64,000 bases of DNA, from positions 4,119 through 68,118 of the forward strand of contig CAKVOU010000006.1 of the NCBI GenBank assembly GCA_934796165.1, read 5' to 3'. Made by a program: the position numbers and the translations under genes. How positions within the stretch are numbered: position 1 is the stretch's first letter; each line of letters begins with the position of its first letter. Under the pieces are notes generated by a model, which searched no databases, was not told where the DNA came from, and saw only the letters and a list, made by a program, of their open reading frames with translations. Positions 25,614 through 33,389 of this stretch are shown here, piece after piece. Source of the DNA: an uncultured Eubacteriales bacterium (GTDB lineage Bacteria; Bacillota; Clostridia; Oscillospirales; CAG-272).

Positions 25614-28600
25614 TCAGTACGAGCTCAGCGCGGCAACCGCCTGAGTCAGATAAGCGGAAATCTGCTTGAGACGTTCCGCGTCCGAGCCGCCGTTTTCCGA
25701 TGCGGCAAGGAACTGTGCGGCGGATTCCGTGAGCAGTTTGATATTGTTGTTGTCGATCGCGTACTTTGCGCTTGTCACAAGCTCCGTATAAGCAGAGCCG
25801 CGGAGCTCATCCATCAGATCTCTTGCCTGTCCCATCCGCTTTTCGGCAAGCGTCTGACCGGCTTCCAGAGTCTCAAGCCCGAATTCCTCGCGCTTTCTGC
25901 GGATCTCGGTGTTAATGGTATTAATGTAGGAGAGGATCGCGCTTCTCGCGTCAGCGCCGCTGTTGTAGGCGGAGAGGAAGGCGAAGTTGACGTAACGGTC
26001 GAGGTAGTAGGAGCCGGGGTAGTTCGGGATCGCCGCAAGGCAATCAAACTGCTTGGAAACCTCTTTGTATTCCGAGGTCGTCCAGGGCAGACTTGCAAGC
26101 GCGGTACGGTTTGCAGTGGGCTGCTTACCGGATTCGCCGAGGACAGATGCCATGCCGTAAGAGTAGTTGATCTGGCAATCTGCGCCGGTGTACCACTTCA
26201 TGAAGTTCCAGGCAGCTTCCTTTTTCTCATCGGCAACGCCCTTGACCATGACCGTCGCAGTCGTCGAAGCGATGGAGCGGTTGTCGATTCTGCCGCCCTC
26301 ATGTTCCACGCCCGGAATCGGGACCATTGCCCAGAGTCCTTCGATTTCGGTCGCGAAAACCTTCAATTTATTATACATATCGGTATAGGGAGCGATGACG
26401 ATCGGCATTTCGCCCGAACGGAAGCGGTTTGCAGCGTCATAGGAGTAGGGGCTGGAGTAAGCGGTGTAGAAGTCGCACATGGTCTCAAACGCGGACAGCG
26501 CCTTCGGGGAATCCAGATTGATGCGCATACCGCCGTCGGCATACAGTGTGCCGCCGTTCTGGTAGAGCAGGAACTTGTAATCGGACGCCTGCGAAAGATT
26601 GAAGGTGGACGCAGTCATGCCAAGCTCCATGTTGTTGTAGCCAAGCACGGGAATTGCCGCGTAGATCTCGTCCCACGTCTTGGGAATCTCCAATTTCAGG
26701 TTGGCAAGAATGTCAAGACGGACAAACATCATGTAGAAGGATTCCGTCTCGGGGAGACCGTAATAGTGCATCTTGCCGGCGGAGTCCTCAATCCCGATCG
26801 TCAGCATTGCGGCATCGTTGAAGTCCTTTTTGGCGTCGTCAAAGCCGGGCATATCCTCAATCGGAATCAGCGCACCGCGGACCGCATAGTTGATGACGTC
26901 CGATTGCGACAGACCGAGATACACATCGGGTCCCGCCTGCGCAAGAATGGACGGAAGCAGTGTGCTTGCCGTGACCAGCTTGAGCGCAACGGGCGTATTG
27001 TGGGTCGGAGTAAAGTCGTTGGTGATCAGGTTCCGGATAACCTGAGACTGGTCACGGCCGTAAGCCACCCAGACCTCAATGGACTCCTGTCCGTCGGACG
27101 AACCAAGGCTGCCCATCTGGTTGTAATCCCGGAAGAAGCTCCAGAAGAAGCTGAGAATTTCGTGCAGGATATTGCGGAAGACATTCTCCTCCGCGGTCGG
27201 CATCGGCTTGTCATTTCCCTGCACAAGCAGGTAATCCAGCTGAAGCGGCTGGGTCTTGGCGTCGCCGATGAAAGTACCGAGAGTACCAAGGTTGGACTTG
27301 AAGCTGTCAAGGTTCTTCGCGATCTCGATTTCGGGATCGGACACCATGGTCTTGATCAGATTTGCGATGGTCTCCAGTGTTGCGATATTCGCGGTCGCAG
27401 TCCCGGAAAGCTCGCGGAAGCGGCTTGCGGCGGCATCCAGCGTCTCCATCTGGTCGTACATATCGATCAGAGTGGAAGGAAGCAGGCGAGCAAAGCCGTA
27501 GGTACGATAGCTGTCGGGAGAGGGGCCGGTCAATTTGAGGATGGTCAGATAATCTGCGTCCAGTGCAGTCAGCGCAGCCTCCAGTCGCTGAATGATTTCA
27601 CTCATGGAGCCGAGCGTCACCTCAAGGCGGATCGTGTAGGTCACGTCCTTGGCGAAGTAGAACTGCAGGTCCGTGGTACCATCCGACAGATTCCCGGTCT
27701 GCCAGGAGTTCTTGTAATTGAAGCGAAGCTGGCTTGCCTCGGCAAACGGGATACCGTCATAATAGCCCTTTTCACCCTCGGCAATGCCATCACTGTATAT
27801 GTAGAGATTCCGGCAGACGTAAAGGCCTTCCAGCGTATTCTGGCGGAAGCGAGCGGCGATGTTGTAAAGTCCGCTGTCTCCCACACGGAACTTGTAGGTG
27901 ATGTACTGTCCCGCGTTCTGCCACTGCTCGCCGCCGATGGTGTTGAGCAGCGTTCTCGACGGATCGGAGGGAGAAGAGGCGGCACTGGTACGGTCCTCAA
28001 CGGGATAAACCGTGTTGGAGGAGGTCATGTTTGCGTACTCCGCTTCCAGCTTGATCACGCTGGTGCCCTGCTTTTCTCCCTGGTACTGAGCAATGTATTC
28101 CTCATAGCTCATGACCGTCTCATACGGAGTCAGGCGGAAGGAGGAGATGACCAATGCTTCATTGACACCGGCAAGCGAAAAGGTGACCTCACCCTCGTCC
28201 AGCGCAAACATAAAATTATCGGAGGAATAGCCGGAGGAATCATGCAGGGAGTACTCGCTCCACTGCGGAGTCTGCGAGGTAGTCGGGCGGATCTCATTGC
28301 CCTCGGTGTCCGTCTGGAAGAAGCGGAGTCCCAGCTCTTCGGAAAGGAACTGATGGCTTGCTTCCGTAAAGTATTCGGGCTTTTCGAACACCACATAGGT
28401 ACCGTCCGAACGGTTTTCCATGGTGGCGGTCAGTCCGAGCTCCTCCGCGCGGGCAAGCAATTCAGCAGCGGTCTTGGATTTATCCGTGATCCGATAAGCC
28501 GCATTCTTGTATTCGAACGTATACACCTTCGGGAAGGACAGCGAATACGCGCCGTCAAACGGAACCTTGCCGTCAATGTAAAATTCCCGTTCAATGGACG

Positions 28601-29003
28601 TATTCTTCCCCTCGACGGAATAGTACTCGATCGTGATGCTGTACCACCCGGATTCCGGCACGCGGAATGTCCAGGAAACGGTTCCGGTATCCGGAGTATA
28701 TACGCCGTTCTTTCCGTACCGGTCGGTGATCTCGTACTCCGCGGTCGTCTTTTCCGTATCCAATGCCTTCACGGCATCGACCAGGATCTCGTGCGAGGGC
28801 TTCTTGTACTGATCCTGTCGCTTTGCAAGATAAGCACTGTACGAATCTGTGTTGAGCTGTGACTCGTAGTCCTTGATGGTTTTGTCGGTTACCGTCGGAT
28901 TATCGACAGTTTCCGCCGCGTTTGCCGCGGTCACGGACCCGCCGATCAGAAACGTCAGGCTGAGGATCAGTGCCAGCGCTCTCTGGATTCTGGATCTCTT
29001 CAT
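25614..29003 (-). CDS. Giant extracellular solute-binding protein (1129 aa) with a long N-terminal CBM-like region
   Basis: Sec signal ...GGSVTAANA|AE with no lipobox Cys. Two similar beta-sandwich-like segments (GWYSITIEYYS...FYIDGKVPF and GLYNIAARFRQ...LYIYSDG). The C-terminal half looks like an SBP. It is the first gene of the ABC locus. Confidence 0.75.
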   Translation of the reverse strand: MKRSRIQRALALILSLTFLIGGSVTAANAAETVDNPTVTDKTIKDYESQLNTDSYSAYLAKRQDQYKKPSHEILVDAVKALDTEKTTAEYEITDRYGKNGVYTPDTGTVSWTFRVPESGWYSITIEYYSVEGKNTSIEREFYIDGKVPFDGAYSLSFPKVYTFEYKNAAYRITDKSKTAAELLARAEELGLTATMENRSDGTYVVFEKPEYFTEASHQFLSEELGLRFFQTDTEGNEIRPTTSQTPQWSEYSLHDSSGYSSDNFMFALDEGEVTFSLAGVNEALVISSFRLTPYETVMSYEEYIAQYQGEKQGTSVIKLEAEYANMTSSNTVYPVEDRTSAASSPSDPSRTLLNTIGGEQWQNAGQYITYKFRVGDSGLYNIAARFRQNTLEGLYVCRNLYIYSDGIAEGEKGYYDGIPFAEASQLRFNYKNSWQTGNLSDGTTDLQFYFAKDVTYTIRLEVTLGSMSEIIQRLEAALTALDADYLTILKLTGPSPDSYRTYGFARLLPSTLIDMYDQMETLDAAASRFRELSGTATANIATLETIANLIKTMVSDPEIEIAKNLDSFKSNLGTLGTFIGDAKTQPLQLDYLLVQGNDKPMPTAEENVFRNILHEILSFFWSFFRDYNQMGSLGSSDGQESIEVWVAYGRDQSQVIRNLITNDFTPTHNTPVALKLVTASTLLPSILAQAGPDVYLGLSQSDVINYAVRGALIPIEDMPGFDDAKKDFNDAAMLTIGIEDSAGKMHYYGLPETESFYMMFVRLDILANLKLEIPKTWDEIYAAIPVLGYNNMELGMTASTFNLSQASDYKFLLYQNGGTLYADGGMRINLDSPKALSAFETMCDFYTAYSSPYSYDAANRFRSGEMPIVIAPYTDMYNKLKVFATEIEGLWAMVPIPGVEHEGGRIDNRSIASTTATVMVKGVADEKKEAAWNFMKWYTGADCQINYSYGMASVLGESGKQPTANRTALASLPWTTSEYKEVSKQFDCLAAIPNYPGSYYLDRYVNFAFLSAYNSGADARSAILSYINTINTEIRRKREEFGLETLEAGQTLAEKRMGQARDLMDELRGSAYTELVTSAKYAIDNNNIKLLTESAAQFLAASENGGSDAERLKQISAYLTQAVAALSSY

Positions 29004-29186
29004 CGGTTTTCCTCCTGCTTGTTTTGGAAACGGCGCGGAAACACACCGTCCCGCGGGCAGATCGCCGTGGGATGCCCCGCCATTCCGGCAGAATACTGCG
29101 GCTGCCGTATCGACGGCAGCCGCAGCCCGGAACAGACGCGATCCGCTTGCGGATCCACGTTACAAAATGCCCAAATTGATAGAGAT

Positions 29187-29215
29187 ATCATACCATATTA
29201 CCGACAATTTGTCAA
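29187..29215 (-). promoter_or_regulatory. Sigma-A-type promoter of the giant-SBP carbohydrate locus
   Basis: Minus strand: TTGACA (29215-29210), 17 nt spacer, TATGAT (29192-29187). It leaves a ~175-nt structured leader before ATG 29003. Confidence 0.65.
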
Positions 29216-29709
29216 GAAACGAGACCGCGTTTCCGGGATCGTCCAAAAACACCCAATAAAAACAAACCGTGAACTTTCCTGTCGGTTTTTTCTCCACAAA
29301 AACCGATGGAAGCATCTCCCAGATCCAGCCCGCTCGTGCGCAAATTGTAAGAAGTAAATATCGTTTACGGTTAAATTGTGTATTCCCTCGTTTTTTTCTT
29401 GATTTTTGTTGAATTTGCCAATTGAAATCCGGCAAATTATTCAGCCGTTTCCGAAACGTAAATCTCGCTTCCCCGGTTTCCCGTGAGGACTGTGTGATCG
29501 GCAGAGAAATTTTTGTTACAATTCTTGTACAAAGTAAACAATTTCCGCCCGCTTTTTTCTACAAACATACAAGTTGCACAAATTGTAAAAAATCCTGGCA
29601 TTTTCAGAAAACAAACGCCCCGGAAAACCACTTTTCAAAGAATCAGCCCCGGTTTTCCGCAGGGAAACGATCGTCTTTGCCGCTTTTGTGTCGGAATCAG
29701 TCGATTCTC

Positions 29710-29738
29710 TTGCAACAGAGAGTGCAATGTGTTATAAT
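29710..29738 (+). promoter_or_regulatory. Sigma-A-type promoter of the rRNA methyltransferase gene
   Basis: TTGCAA (29710-29715), 17 nt spacer, TATAAT (29733-29738), preceded by TGt (extended -10). Confidence 0.65.
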
Positions 29739-29799
29739 GAAGCGGATCAGACAAAAAACAGGTCCGGCACAGCGTTGCCGGACGCGGAGGAACCGATAC

Positions 29800-31023
29800 A
29801 TGAGAAATTATCCGAAGCTGACGGTCACAGAAAAGGCGGAAAAGCTGCTCCGCGGCGGGCACGTCTGGGTATACGGCGATGAAATCACTGCCGCGGAAGG
29901 AACGCCGGAGGACGGCGCGCTCGCGGACGTGTTTTCCGAAAAAGGGAAATATCTCGGCACCGGCTTTTACAACAGTCATTCCAAGATCCGCGTACGGATT
30001 ATTTCAAAGAATACCAACGACACCTTTGACGAAAAATTCTGGGAGCGCCGCCTGTCCTACGCGGTTGCGTACCGCAAGACCGTCATGGGCGACACGGATT
30101 TCCGGTGCTGCCGGCTGATTTTCGGTGAAGCGGACCAGTTTCCCGGGCTGACGGTCGATCGGTTTGAGAACATCCTCGTCGCCGAGGTGCTGTCACTCGG
30201 TATCGAAAAAATCAAGGGGATGCTCTTCCCCGCCCTTGTCCGTATCCTGCGCGAAATGGGAGAGGAGATCGACGGAATCTACGAGCGCAACGATTCCCCC
30301 ATCCGTAAATTGGAGGGCATGGAAACCGGGTGCGGCTTTTTCCCGCTTCCGGGACTGCCGGATCCGGAGAGCGGCGAGACAACCATCACGGAAAACGGCA
30401 TCCGCTATTTTGTGGACGTGGTAAACGGACAGAAAACGGGATTTTTCCTCGATCAGAAGTACAACCGCCGCGCCATCCGGCAGATCGCCCGGGGCAAGCG
30501 GGTGCTGGACTGCTTCACCCACACGGGTTCATTCGGGCTGAACGCCGCCGCGGCGGGCGCCCTGCACGTCACCTCGGTCGATATTTCCGCCGACGCGATC
30601 GCCATGGCAAAACGCAACGCCAAAGAAAACGGACTGGACGGGCACATGGATTTTATGGTCGCGGACGTATTTGACCTGCTCTCCGTCCTGCAAAAAGAAA
30701 AGAAATCCGACTACGACTTCATCATTCTCGACCCGCCCGCCTTCACCAAGAGCCGCGATACGCTCCGCAACGCGATCAAAGGATACCGGGAGATCAATTA
30801 TCTTGCCATGAAACTGCTCCCGCGCGGCGGGTATCTGGCGACCTGCTCCTGTTCCCACTTCATGACCGAGACCTATTTCAAACAGATGCTGCACAACGCC
30901 GCCGAAGACGCGGGCGTGTCGCTCCGCCAGATCGAAGCGCGCCAGCAGGCACCGGATCACCCGATTCTCTGGAACGTGCCGGAGACGGACTACCTGAAAT
31001 TCTATATTTTCCAGATCGTGTGA
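29800..31023 (+). CDS. Class I SAM-dependent rRNA methyltransferase (RlmI/RlmK-like, PUA plus MTase)
   Basis: Start at MRNYPKLTV, downstream of the promoter at 29710-29738. Motifs GGHVWVYGDEI (PUA-like), VLDCFTHTGSFGL (SAM motif I) and IILDPPAF. Confidence 0.8.
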   Translation: MRNYPKLTVTEKAEKLLRGGHVWVYGDEITAAEGTPEDGALADVFSEKGKYLGTGFYNSHSKIRVRIISKNTNDTFDEKFWERRLSYAVAYRKTVMGDTDFRCCRLIFGEADQFPGLTVDRFENILVAEVLSLGIEKIKGMLFPALVRILREMGEEIDGIYERNDSPIRKLEGMETGCGFFPLPGLPDPESGETTITENGIRYFVDVVNGQKTGFFLDQKYNRRAIRQIARGKRVLDCFTHTGSFGLNAAAAGALHVTSVDISADAIAMAKRNAKENGLDGHMDFMVADVFDLLSVLQKEKKSDYDFIILDPPAFTKSRDTLRNAIKGYREINYLAMKLLPRGGYLATCSCSHFMTETYFKQMLHNAAEDAGVSLRQIEARQQAPDHPILWNVPETDYLKFYIFQIV

Positions 31024-31119
31024 CAGGTCCCGGCACCGTCCCGCAACAGGAGCGACCGGGTTCCCGCCGCACCTGCCGTGTTTCTGTAAAAACGCCCTTG
31101 CAACTGAATAAGGATTATG

Positions 31120-31152
31120 AAAAAAAGGGGGACGCGCGTCCCCTTTTGTTTT
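31120..31152 (+). terminator. Terminator after the methyltransferase gene
   Basis: AAAAAAAGGGGGACGCGCGTCCCCTTTTGTTTTT. Confidence 0.7.
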
Positions 31153-31212
31153 TATTCAAAAGTTTTTGAGGGATGAAAGGGGACTTTTTTCAAAAAGTCC
31201 CCTTTCCGGGGT

Positions 31213-31279
31213 CCGGGGCGGAGCCCCGACTCTTCCCCCTCCGGGTTTCGGGGCAAAGCCCCGACTCTTCTCCCTCCGG
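31213..31279. repeat. 35-bp tandem duplication of a hairpin unit in the intergenic region downstream of the ECF-S gene
   Basis: CGGGGC(GG/AA)AGCCCCGACTCTTC(C/T)CCCTCCGG occurs twice. Each unit contains a CGGGGC..GCCCCG hairpin. Confidence 0.8.
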
Positions 31280-31284
31280 ATCGC

Positions 31285-31887
31285 TTATTTTTTCTTTGCC
31301 ACTGCCGTCCAGATGCGGTAAACCGCGGGGGAGGCAACGAGGTTGACACCGAATTCCGCAAGGAAATTGACACCGGCGCAAAGAATCACAACGAAGTACA
31401 CGACGCTGACGCCCGCACCGACATTCAGAATATACTCCTCAAGCGTTGAACGGAACAGGGTGATGGTGCCAAGCACGAAAATACCCGTATTGACAACCGG
31501 CGCGACCGCCGACGCGAGAACTACCGCGACCCAGCGGTTATGCTTTTCCAGCGCACGGAACACAAGTCCCGCGCAAAGTCCCGCGAGCGTCGCCTTGGCA
31601 AGGCAAAGCACGACCGTCAGAACAGGCTGCTTGGAAAACAGAAAATTCGTGAACACATCCGCACCGCTGACACCGCCGATGACAGTAATCAGACCGAATA
31701 CGGCGCCGAGGATTGCTCCGGCGGCAGGACCGAGCAGGACGCCCCCGACCGCGATCGGGATGAGCACGAGCGAGAACGATACCGGACCGACATGAATGTT
31801 ACTGCCGACCAATTGCAGAACGATGACGAGCGCAACAAGTATAGCCAATTGTACCATCCTGAGCGTCTTTTCATGGGTTCTTTGCAT
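31285..31887 (-). CDS. ECF-transporter S component (substrate-specific; possibly pantothenate, PanT-like)
   Basis: 200 aa with 5-6 TM helices. Start at MQRTHEKTL with a GGAAGGAG RBS. It lies directly downstream of coaX. Substrate is inferred from context only. Confidence 0.6.
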   Translation of the reverse strand: MQRTHEKTLRMVQLAILVALVIVLQLVGSNIHVGPVSFSLVLIPIAVGGVLLGPAAGAILGAVFGLITVIGGVSGADVFTNFLFSKQPVLTVVLCLAKATLAGLCAGLVFRALEKHNRWVAVVLASAVAPVVNTGIFVLGTITLFRSTLEEYILNVGAGVSVVYFVVILCAGVNFLAEFGVNLVASPAVYRIWTAVAKKK

Positions 31888-32034
31888 AAAGAATACTCCT
31901 TCCGGGATTTTCACCCGGTGCTGCCGTCCGGAGGAACCGGTACAGCGCGTTAAATTTTGAAACGGGCATATGCCCGGATCAGGTAAAAATCAGCTCCGCG
32001 TGCCGGATGACAGCATCATGCGATCAGCATCGCG

Positions 32035-33000
32035 TCAGCGGAGGTTCCGGCGATACAGTACGCACAATCCCTCCAGCGTCAGATCGGGACAAAGCGTCGC
32101 CGTGTGCGACAGATGGGGGACGATCAGGGGGGCAAGCCCGCCCGTCGCAATGAGATGTCCCCGGTCGGGGGAAATTCCCGTTTCCCGGGCAAGGCGGTCG
32201 ATCATACCGTCCGCCGCCGCAGCGGAACCGAAGATCAACCCGGAGCGCATACTGTCGGCAGTGTTTTTGCCGAGCACCGGCGGCGTGTTTTCCAGGGCAA
32301 CCTCGGGAAGCTGTGCCGCACTGTCCCGCATGGCGGAAAGCGACACGGCGACACCGGGGAGGATACAGCCGCCCACAAACGCGCGCGACGCGTCGATGAC
32401 CGACAGCGTGGTCGCCGTTCCGAAGTCGAGAATGATGGCGGGAGCGCCGAACTTTTCAAGCACTGCCGCCGCGTTGGCGATCAGATCCGCGCCAACCTCG
32501 GCGGGAGAATCCGTGCGGATGGGGAATCCGGTGTGCAGCCCCTTTCCGACGATCATAGCGCTGATACCAAACACCAGCCTGACGGCATCCGCGACGCGGT
32601 GGGTCATTCCCGGCACGACAGAAGATAGGATCGCGTCCGTCACTGCCTGCTTTCCGATGCCGTGCATCCGGAGAAGGCTGTCAAAGAGTACGGCGTATTC
32701 GTCCGCGCTCCGTGCCTCGGAGGTACAGACGCGCGAACGGAACAACAGATTTCCCGTGCTGTCCGCTACGCCGAACCGGACACTGGAGTTTCCGATGTCT
32801 GCGGCAAATACGAGCATCTCCGACGAAAAAGCTGTTCCCCCGGCGGAATTTTCAGGATCTGCGGGACTTCCGGGATTGCCGGAATTTGCAGAATATCCGG
32901 GATTCCCCGCATTTACAGGGCTTCCGGGATTTGCGGGTCTTGCAAAGTTGCCGGAATCCGCAAAATTCGCGGAATATCCGGAATGTTCGGGACTGTTCAT
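32035..33000 (-). CDS. coaX: Type III pantothenate kinase with a ~60-aa low-complexity N-terminal extension
   Basis: Core LVFAADIGNSSVRFG ... ILDFGTATT ... ATGGLA. ATG 33000 is preceded by GGAAGGAGGAG. The internal Met (MLVFAAD) has no correctly spaced RBS. Confidence 0.85.
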   Translation of the reverse strand: MNSPEHSGYSANFADSGNFARPANPGSPVNAGNPGYSANSGNPGSPADPENSAGGTAFSSEMLVFAADIGNSSVRFGVADSTGNLLFRSRVCTSEARSADEYAVLFDSLLRMHGIGKQAVTDAILSSVVPGMTHRVADAVRLVFGISAMIVGKGLHTGFPIRTDSPAEVGADLIANAAAVLEKFGAPAIILDFGTATTLSVIDASRAFVGGCILPGVAVSLSAMRDSAAQLPEVALENTPPVLGKNTADSMRSGLIFGSAAAADGMIDRLARETGISPDRGHLIATGGLAPLIVPHLSHTATLCPDLTLEGLCVLYRRNLR

Positions 33001-33174
33001 AAATAACTCCTCCTTCCGTTGACATGTGGAAAGATGTACCGGGACACGACTCATTTCCCGGCAATATACACCGCTCTCAATCGGCTTCCAAACCGACCAC
33101 ACCGTAAAGTACAGCCCGGCAGACGTTGACGCCGCCCGAACCGGGGACCGCATCGGCAGGCGGTTTCTTTTTCC

Positions 33175-33345
33175 GTGCCGCAGGTTGTGCCGCAATTTGA
33201 GACGCGGATCGTCCGTGGATCACCTTTCGCCGCTCGCGCCGCGGGTCGTGCCGCAATTTGAGACGCGGATCGTCCGTGGATCACCTTTCGCCGCTCGCGC
33301 CGCGGGTCGTGCCGCAATTTGAGACGCAGGTTGTGCCGCAGGTCA
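33175..33345. repeat. 61-bp tandem repeat, two perfect copies plus a partial third, intergenic
   Basis: The unit GTGCCGCAATTTGAGACGCGGATCGTCCGTGGATCACCTTTCGCCGCTCGCGCCGCGGGTC is found at 33187-33247 and 33248-33308. A partial copy starts at 33309. The array is flanked by GTGCCGCAGGTT motifs. Confidence 0.9.
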
Positions 33346-33389
33346 CCTTCCGTCCGCGCGGTACACCGTGTTTTGCAGGACGGTCGGTG

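Noticed and set aside
29422-29799. Long N-terminal extension of the methyltransferase ORF (533 aa); similar extended starts occur for ORFs at 5746-6123, 12207, 31914, 33195, 34610, 44894, 46593, 46614, 52041, 55828, 61545, 61761 and 63942
   Set aside because: In each case an internal Met with a proper Shine-Dalgarno sequence (and in some a mapped promoter) matches the conserved family N-terminus. The upstream extensions lie in intergenic or promoter sequence.
33175-33345. Possible mini-CRISPR array
   Set aside because: The copies abut directly with no unique spacers, there are fewer than three complete units, and no cas genes are present. I call it a simple tandem duplication.
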